Shown: positions 52,919 through 58,340 of the stretch, in pieces | How positions within the stretch are numbered: position 1 is the first letter of the stretch | How the letters are laid out: each line of letters starts with the position of its first letter | Made by a program: the position numbers and the translations under genes | Notes under the pieces: model-generated | Seen by the model: the letters and a program-made list of their open reading frames with translations, nothing else | The model's database searches: none | Told to the model about the DNA's origin: nothing | From: a virus | Taxonomy: Duplodnaviria; Caudoviricetes | Virus record (IMG/VR): IMGVR_UViG_3300035670_000243 | Location: 1 to 58,340 of that record | Direction: 5' to 3' (one strand) | DNA: 58,340 bases

Positions 52919-53482
52919 ATGCCTTCGACCAGTGCACCGTTTGGCCTGCGTCCGGCTTTTCATCCGAGTGGGCTTATTCGTCCGGTCGCGATGACTATTG
53001 AGTCGGGCTACAACGCCAACATTCTTCAATTCCAGCCGGTCAAGATCGGCGCTAGCGGTACTGTTGAAGCCGCTGCCGCCACCGAGGCCGCTATCGTAGG
53101 TACGTTCATGGGCGTCGAATTCACCGACTCCGATGGCCGTCGCCGCGTAAGCAACAAGTGGACGGCTTCGACCGCCGCCACGGACATCGTTGCTTATGTC
53201 ACCACCGACCCGGCGATTGTGTACGAGATCCAGGCGAACGACTCGCTTGTGGTCACGGACATCGGCGCTCAGGCCGACTTCGCAAGCGTCACTGCTGGCA
53301 GCACCGTGACTGGCCTTTCTGCGGCCATGCTCGATGTTGCTCAGAAGACGACCTCGGGCAACGAAATCCTTCGCATCGTGAATCTCGCTCCCGAGATCAA
53401 CAATGCTTGGGGTGACGCTTACACCATCGTTCAGGTCCAGATCAGCGAGCACCAGTTCGTCGCTGATAAGGCTGCATTCTAA
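52919..53482 (+). CDS. Capsid decoration/minor capsid protein
   Basis: APFGLRP..G.F.GVE..DP.IVYEIQA; immediately upstream of the MCP gene. Confidence 0.7.
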   Translation: MPSTSAPFGLRPAFHPSGLIRPVAMTIESGYNANILQFQPVKIGASGTVEAAAATEAAIVGTFMGVEFTDSDGRRRVSNKWTASTAATDIVAYVTTDPAIVYEIQANDSLVVTDIGAQADFASVTAGSTVTGLSAAMLDVAQKTTSGNEILRIVNLAPEINNAWGDAYTIVQVQISEHQFVADKAAF

Positions 53483-53495
53483 GGAGGACTAGAAC

Positions 53496-54410
53496 ATGGC
53501 AGTCCCAATGCGTAGTACTGACTTTCGTTCCATTGTTGAGCCGATTCTCAATGAGGCTTTCGATGGCGTTTATGACCAGCGTGCTGACGAGTGGAAGCAA
53601 GTCTTCGTTCAGCAGCAGGGCATTCCCCGCAACTACCACGAAGAGCCGGTGCTCTACGGGTTCGGCGCTGCTCCGGAACTTCCGGACGGCATGCCGGTCA
53701 CGTATCAGGCCGGTGGCGTGCTCTTCCTCCAGCGTTATGTCTACAAGGTCTACGGCCTTGCATTCGCGCTGACGAAGGTGCTCGTGGAAGATGGTGACCA
53801 CATCCGTATCGGCCAGACCTACGCCAAGCACTTGGCGCAGTCGCTGATCGAGACGAAGGAAACCCTCTGCGCCAACGTGCTCAACCGCGCCTTCACCCCC
53901 GGCTACAACGGTGGCGACGGCGTGACGCTGATCAACACGGCTCACCCGATTGCTTCGGGCTCGTTCAGCAACCAGCTGGCCAGCGCAGCCGCGCTGTCCC
54001 AGACGTCGCTCGAGCAGATGCTCATTCAGATCCGCAACGCTGTTGACAACAACGGCAAGCGTATCCGTCTGAACCCGGAGAAGCTGGTTGTGTCGCCGTC
54101 GAACGTGTTCCAGGCTGAGGTGCTCCTCAAGAGCGTCCTCCGCACCGGCACGGCCGACAACGACATCAACCCGGTGAAGTCGATGGGCCTCCTCGCTGGC
54201 GGTCAGGCTAACCTCTCGCGTCTTACCTCAACCACCGCTTGGTGGGTGAAGACGGACGCGCCGGAAGGCCTCAAGCTGATGATGCGTCGTGGTCTGGAGA
54301 AGTCCATGGAAGGCGACTTCGAGACTGACAGCACCCGCTTTAAATCGACAGAGCGATATGCCGTTGGATTTACGGATCCACGCACTTTGTTCGGCACGCC
54401 GGGCGTTTGA
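53496..54410 (+). CDS. Major capsid protein (Mu gpT-like)
   Basis: YGLAFALT..ED, LA.S..ETKE, GGDG..L....HP and DF.T...FK..ERY..G..DPR motifs; strongly C/G-ending codons. Confidence 0.88.
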   Translation: MAVPMRSTDFRSIVEPILNEAFDGVYDQRADEWKQVFVQQQGIPRNYHEEPVLYGFGAAPELPDGMPVTYQAGGVLFLQRYVYKVYGLAFALTKVLVEDGDHIRIGQTYAKHLAQSLIETKETLCANVLNRAFTPGYNGGDGVTLINTAHPIASGSFSNQLASAAALSQTSLEQMLIQIRNAVDNNGKRIRLNPEKLVVSPSNVFQAEVLLKSVLRTGTADNDINPVKSMGLLAGGQANLSRLTSTTAWWVKTDAPEGLKLMMRRGLEKSMEGDFETDSTRFKSTERYAVGFTDPRTLFGTPGV

Positions 54411-54496
54411 GCCTTGATTTGTAAGGGATTTTTTCTCTAGACAAATCCTTGCCCGGCTCTGTATGATGGTATCCTACTTTGAAACAGGAGACTATC

Positions 54497-55432
54497 ATGC
54501 AGCAGCCGGGCAAGTTTTATGTGTACGTTTATCTTGATCCCCGTCCGGGGAAAGGGCTTCAGCCCATCTACGTTGGCAAAGGCACCGTAGACTTAGACCG
54601 CGCCAGTTATCACTGGGAACGCCGGTGCGTTAATCCGTTTTTGCAGAGCGTTCTGGACAAAATCCGGGCAGCGGGGCTTGTTCCGCAAATTACGATTGCC
54701 GCGTACATGGAAGACGAAGAAGACGCTTTTGCTATGGAGCGTGATTTGATTGCTCAGTACGGGCGGCGAGACTTGCGCACTGGTTCTCTTTGCAATTTAA
54801 CCGGAGGCGGTCAAGGCACGGCAGGGCTTAAATACAGCGAAGAACGCTTACGCAAAAAGCGAGAGCAATGCTCAACGCCAGAGTGGCGAGAAATGATGAC
54901 CAAGATCATAAAGAAGGCGTGGCAAAACCCAGAGCATAGAAAGCGGATTCTTGACTCTCAAAGCAAATTAAAAAACGACCCCGCCTACCGCGCCCGTCTT
55001 CGCGAAGCCATTCTGAAAAGCCGCACTGAGCAAGTTCGCAACAAGATCAGCGTAGCCATGCGCACGAACTGGGAGTCGGACGAGTACCGTTCCAAGCAGG
55101 CTGCGTCTCGAGCGGAGGCGCATGCTCGTCCGGAGGAGAAGCAGCGCAAGAGCGAGGCTTCTAAAAAGGTATGGACAAAGCATGGCGATAAGATTAGATT
55201 AGCCATCAAGGCCGCGAAATCGACTCCGGAGCGCCGTGCTGAGGCTTCTAAGAAGTCTAGGGCATATTACGAGAGTGAAGACGCTCGTAAGAAAGCAGGG
55301 GAGTATGCGAAGGCGCACAATACGCCAGAGGTTCGCGCAGCGAAAGCTGAGTTGTTGAGGAAGCGTTGGGCAGATCCTGAGTTTAGAGAGAAGATGCTAG
55401 CGAAGAGGAAGTCCAAAGCAAAGGCGATTTGA
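54497..55432 (+). CDS. Free-standing GIY-YIG homing endonuclease with repetitive basic C-terminal helices
   Basis: FYVYVY.DP..YVGKG..R, E..LI..YGR and L.N...GG.G motifs; RBS AGGAG; TAGACA-18-TATGAT upstream. Confidence 0.82.
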   Translation: MQQPGKFYVYVYLDPRPGKGLQPIYVGKGTVDLDRASYHWERRCVNPFLQSVLDKIRAAGLVPQITIAAYMEDEEDAFAMERDLIAQYGRRDLRTGSLCNLTGGGQGTAGLKYSEERLRKKREQCSTPEWREMMTKIIKKAWQNPEHRKRILDSQSKLKNDPAYRARLREAILKSRTEQVRNKISVAMRTNWESDEYRSKQAASRAEAHARPEEKQRKSEASKKVWTKHGDKIRLAIKAAKSTPERRAEASKKSRAYYESEDARKKAGEYAKAHNTPEVRAAKAELLRKRWADPEFREKMLAKRKSKAKAI

Positions 55433-55434
55433 TT

Positions 55435-55501
55435 CTAGGCGTAACCAGCCCATTAGACCGGCCTAGCGGACGATGCACAGACTAATGGGCGACTCGTGCA
55501 T
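55435..55501 (+). ncRNA. Candidate structured RNA with two pseudoknots (Mu-gpT-DE-like)
   Basis: Three crossing complementary pairs: CTAGGC/GCCTAG, GCCCATTAG/CTAATGGGC and ATGCAC/GTGCAT. Confidence 0.55.
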
Positions 55502-55513
55502 GAGGATATTGCA

Positions 55514-55753
55514 ATGGCGAACACGCGATTTTCTGGTCCGGTAAACTCGGACAACGGCTTCTCCGGTACGGTTCTTACGGTGGCGTCTGCCACGATCACG
55601 AACCTGGTTTCGACTTCGTTGACGATTGGCACGACCAAGCTGACGAGTGGCAGCGCGGTGTCGGGCTTGGTGTCGGCGCAGTTGGGTTACATCCCTGTGA
55701 TGGTGGGTTCGACCACTGCGTACATTGGTTTGTACCGTAGCATCACGCTGTAA
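55514..55753 (+). CDS. Small virion protein (MANTRFSGPV.S.NGF type)
   Basis: N-terminus typical of genes following the MCP; RBS GAGGA. Confidence 0.7.
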   Translation: MANTRFSGPVNSDNGFSGTVLTVASATITNLVSTSLTIGTTKLTSGSAVSGLVSAQLGYIPVMVGSTTAYIGLYRSITL

Positions 55754-55790
55754 GTGGGTGGGGCTTAGCTCTGACCTTTAGGAGGCTGCG

Positions 55791-56120
55791 ATGCGCCCTG
55801 TTTATTTTACGGTAACTGGGACAGAGGTTTCTCTGCCCTGCCCGATGGACCGGTACATTTCCCCGACCAACATATCGCTTGCGGTATTGATTAGCGGTAC
55901 GGAGAACTGCACTGTTCAGTACACGTTTGACGATGTGTACGCTTCTGGGTACGACCCGGCGACTGGGGACTGGCGCAATCATCCGAGTTTGACTTCGCTG
56001 ACGGCGTCGGCTGACTCGAACATTGCGTACCCGGTTTCTGCGATCCGGATCATTTCCAATTCTGGTACGGGCAGCGCCAAGCTGACTATCTTGCAGTCTG
56101 GCGGTGGAGGTATCTCGTGA
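55791..56120 (+). CDS. Small beta-rich virion protein
   Basis: TVQYTFDD..N.AYPV.AIR; RBS AGGAGG. Confidence 0.65.
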   Translation: MRPVYFTVTGTEVSLPCPMDRYISPTNISLAVLISGTENCTVQYTFDDVYASGYDPATGDWRNHPSLTSLTASADSNIAYPVSAIRIISNSGTGSAKLTILQSGGGGIS

Positions 56121-56674
56121 TTTCAAGAGATATTACTGGCTCTGTATCCAATGGATCAGAGCAACTTTTCAATCTTTTGGCTTTGGTGTCAAACCCGAAG
56201 CTTTACGAAGAAAAGATCAAAGAGCTTCAAGACGCTGTTGCGAAGAACCAGAAGTACGTAGACGCTGTGGGTCACGTAGATGAAGTTTTGCGCTTGCGGA
56301 AAGAGGCGGCTGACGCAGCCAAGGCAGCGAAAGACAAGGCAGACGAGTTGAACAGGCTTGCTGCGGAGGCTCTTCGCAAGGCCCAGGCTGAAGCGTCTGC
56401 GGTAGTGTCTGCTGCTCGAGACTCTGCAAACAAGTTGAACAATGAAGCGAAGCAGGCTGTTGACAAGGCGAATGCCCTTGTGAAGAAGGCTGAGTCGCGC
56501 AACTTGGATGTAGACGTTCGCGAGGTTCGTCTCGAAAAGATTGAGAGCGAACTGAAGGCCAAGGAGGCTGCGCTTGTGAAGGCGCTTGCCGAGGCTGAGG
56601 CAGCGAAGAGCGCGGCGTTGAAGGCCAAAGAAGAAGTTCTTGCCAAGCACAAAGCCTTTCTTCAGGGATTGTAA
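56117..56674 (+). CDS. Coiled-coil protein
   Basis: A/K/E-rich heptads. Confidence 0.6.
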   Translation: MISRDITGSVSNGSEQLFNLLALVSNPKLYEEKIKELQDAVAKNQKYVDAVGHVDEVLRLRKEAADAAKAAKDKADELNRLAAEALRKAQAEASAVVSAARDSANKLNNEAKQAVDKANALVKKAESRNLDVDVREVRLEKIESELKAKEAALVKALAEAEAAKSAALKAKEEVLAKHKAFLQGL

Positions 56675-57010
56675 ATGACTGGCATAGTTGATTTCCGTAC
56701 TTCGTTACTTGATGAAATCGGGAATCCTATCAACTCTGGAAATCCGCTACCCACTACGGGTGGGGGCGGAGGAGGTGGTGGCGGCGTTTTTGATTTTTAT
56801 GCGCTTAACGACTTCCTTGATGGCGACCCTTTATATCTTGGTAAAGCGAAATCTGATGGGACTTGGCTGGTGCAGAAATACACTGGCAGCACGGGCGAGA
56901 TGCGTTATGCAAACCTGTCAAACAACGCTGGGGTAACGACCTATGCGACGGCGTGGACAAACAAAACTACGCTGACCTATGGGTTGTTCCAAACGTTGAC
57001 TGGGGTCTAG
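56675..57010 (+). CDS. Putative virion protein with a poly-Gly hinge
   Basis: NPLP..G9 linker, then Y.GK..DG.W..AW.N..LTY. Confidence 0.55.
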   Translation: MTGIVDFRTSLLDEIGNPINSGNPLPTTGGGGGGGGGVFDFYALNDFLDGDPLYLGKAKSDGTWLVQKYTGSTGEMRYANLSNNAGVTTYATAWTNKTTLTYGLFQTLTGV

Positions 57011-57013
57011 TAA

Positions 57014-58340
57014 ATGACCGCACAAACTGTCACCACCGTTGTCAACTATGACAGCGCCGCCATCAGCGGCTTGAACAACGGCGAGTCGATAACGATTAAC
57101 GGCGGCTCGGTCACTGTAAATGCCGACGTTCGCTGGAACCAGCAGGCTGCGGTGTTTGGCGCGGTTACGCTGTCATCGTCCCTTGGCGGGTCGTTCTTGC
57201 TCGACGGAACCGAGATTTGGGAAGTGCCGTTTAGCGCATCGTCTGGCAACGTGCCGACGCAGGCTGCACTTGGCAGCAACGGAGTTACGGGTGGCACATC
57301 GGGCGCGACGGGTGAATTGACTCGCGTCTGGGCGACTGGTTCGCTTACTCCTGAAGCGGCAGGCGGATCGATGCCCGCGACGGGCTTCATCAAACTGCGG
57401 TCAAAGACTGGCACCTTCCAGAACGGTGAGACGATCACGCTGCCGGGTGGCGCTACAGTCACGGCGTCTGGTGCTGGCAAGCGGTCGTGGATTCATGTAG
57501 TCGGTTTAGGCGTCACCACGGGTACTGGTGGCCGTCTGACTATTCCGCGCCTTGGCACGTTTGAGGCTACGGGCGACTGGTACGAGATTGGCGAGACAGA
57601 CGGCACAGACGATCAGACCTTCCAATTCCCGGTGGCCGACCAATGCCCAGCGATCTGGATTGAGACTGCTGCATCGTCGGGCGTCTATGAAATCTGGTTG
57701 AACGCTGGCGCTCGATGGCTGGACGGCGCAGTGGCAACGGGTGATGCTCGCGGTAAATACTTTGGAATGGACGCCACCACGGGCGTTATCACCATCGCCG
57801 CACGCACTGGCAACACGGCTGGATTGAAACCCGCCAGCGGCTGCAAGGTCAGAATTCCCAACATCATCATGTCGCAGGCGACATCGGCCAACTACGCGGC
57901 GAACAACATTCCAACGAGCAGCACGTTCCGATACGGCTTCACGACCACCGCTGCCGGTTCGGTCATCATGGATCATGTGTCTTGCAACTGGTTGCCAGCC
58001 ACATCAGCAGCGTTTGAAATTGACATCAGCGATAGCGGCTTTGGTGGCATTCTTGGGGCATTCAGCAATACCGGAACTACGGTGACGCTGAACAATGTCG
58101 GCGTTGGAGTTGTTGACACGGTTGCCCACACCCCGCTGGCAATTTCCACTAGTTATGGCGGTGGATCGCTCACGGATGTGCGCGTGGTGCGGCGAATTAC
58201 TGGCGCCAACTTGACTAACATCGTTTTGACCGACACTGCTGACTTTACGCTTACACGTTGTCGGTCGGATGTATTCGGTGCGGCGACTACTAACGCGCCA
58301 ACGGCTACCGCCTCGCTTTTTGAAACCACCCGTGCCATCA
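57014..58340 (+). CDS. Large Thr/Gly-rich virion/tail protein (3'-truncated at the window edge)
   Basis: ATG at 57014 (MTAQTVTTVVNYD..); I found no stop before the window end; absent from the ORF track because it lacks a stop. Confidence 0.75.
   Translation, partial: MTAQTVTTVVNYDSAAISGLNNGESITINGGSVTVNADVRWNQQAAVFGAVTLSSSLGGSFLLDGTEIWEVPFSASSGNVPTQAALGSNGVTGGTSGATGELTRVWATGSLTPEAAGGSMPATGFIKLRSKTGTFQNGETITLPGGATVTASGAGKRSWIHVVGLGVTTGTGGRLTIPRLGTFEATGDWYEIGETDGTDDQTFQFPVADQCPAIWIETAASSGVYEIWLNAGARWLDGAVATGDARGKYFGMDATTGVITIAARTGNTAGLKPASGCKVRIPNIIMSQATSANYAANNIPTSSTFRYGFTTTAAGSVIMDHVSCNWLPATSAAFEIDISDSGFGGILGAFSNTGTTVTLNNVGVGVVDTVAHTPLAISTSYGGGSLTDVRVVRRITGANLTNIVLTDTADFTLTRCRSDVFGAATTNAPTATASLFETTRAI

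Noticed and set aside
1-58340. tRNA genes, integrase/att site, alternative genetic code
   Set aside because: None recognised by eye; genes translate full length with the standard code and use all three stop codons

Overview
Near-complete ~58 kb genome of a tailed dsDNA phage, probably podovirus-like (P22/T7-style portal, adaptor and tail-nozzle proteins plus large ejection proteins; no sheath or tape-measure gene recognised). The window is cut inside one large virion gene whose N-terminus lies at the right edge and whose probable C-terminus lies at the left edge. Layout: 44.4-58.3 kb and 1-21.4 kb are + strand packaging, head, tail, lysis and ejection genes. 22.7-27.5 kb is a - strand recombination block (SF2 helicase, Cas4-like nuclease, DUF669 SSB, Sak4-like ATPase). 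27.6-30.5 kb holds a + strand HTH regulator, RusA and a primase-polymerase/helicase. 30.6-43.9 kb is mostly - strand accessory genes (glycosyltransferases, methyltransferases, many small ORFs), with terS on +. I recognised no integrase, family A/B DNA polymerase, tRNA or CRISPR array. The most striking feature is the terminase large subunit, which carries two inteins, one in Walker A and one in Walker B. The second intein has no in-frame endonuclease. Instead a complete HNH/zinc-finger endonuclease gene with its own RBS is nested inside it in a different reading frame, while the intein frame stays open. Other notable items: a tail fibre with nucleotide-identical 35-bp module junctions, two free-standing homing endonucleases next to apparently recoded gene ends, a candidate double-pseudoknot RNA after the capsid gene, and a recurrent x-A-x-G-G motif punctuating internal virion proteins. 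All family calls come from motif recognition by eye; no database searches were run.
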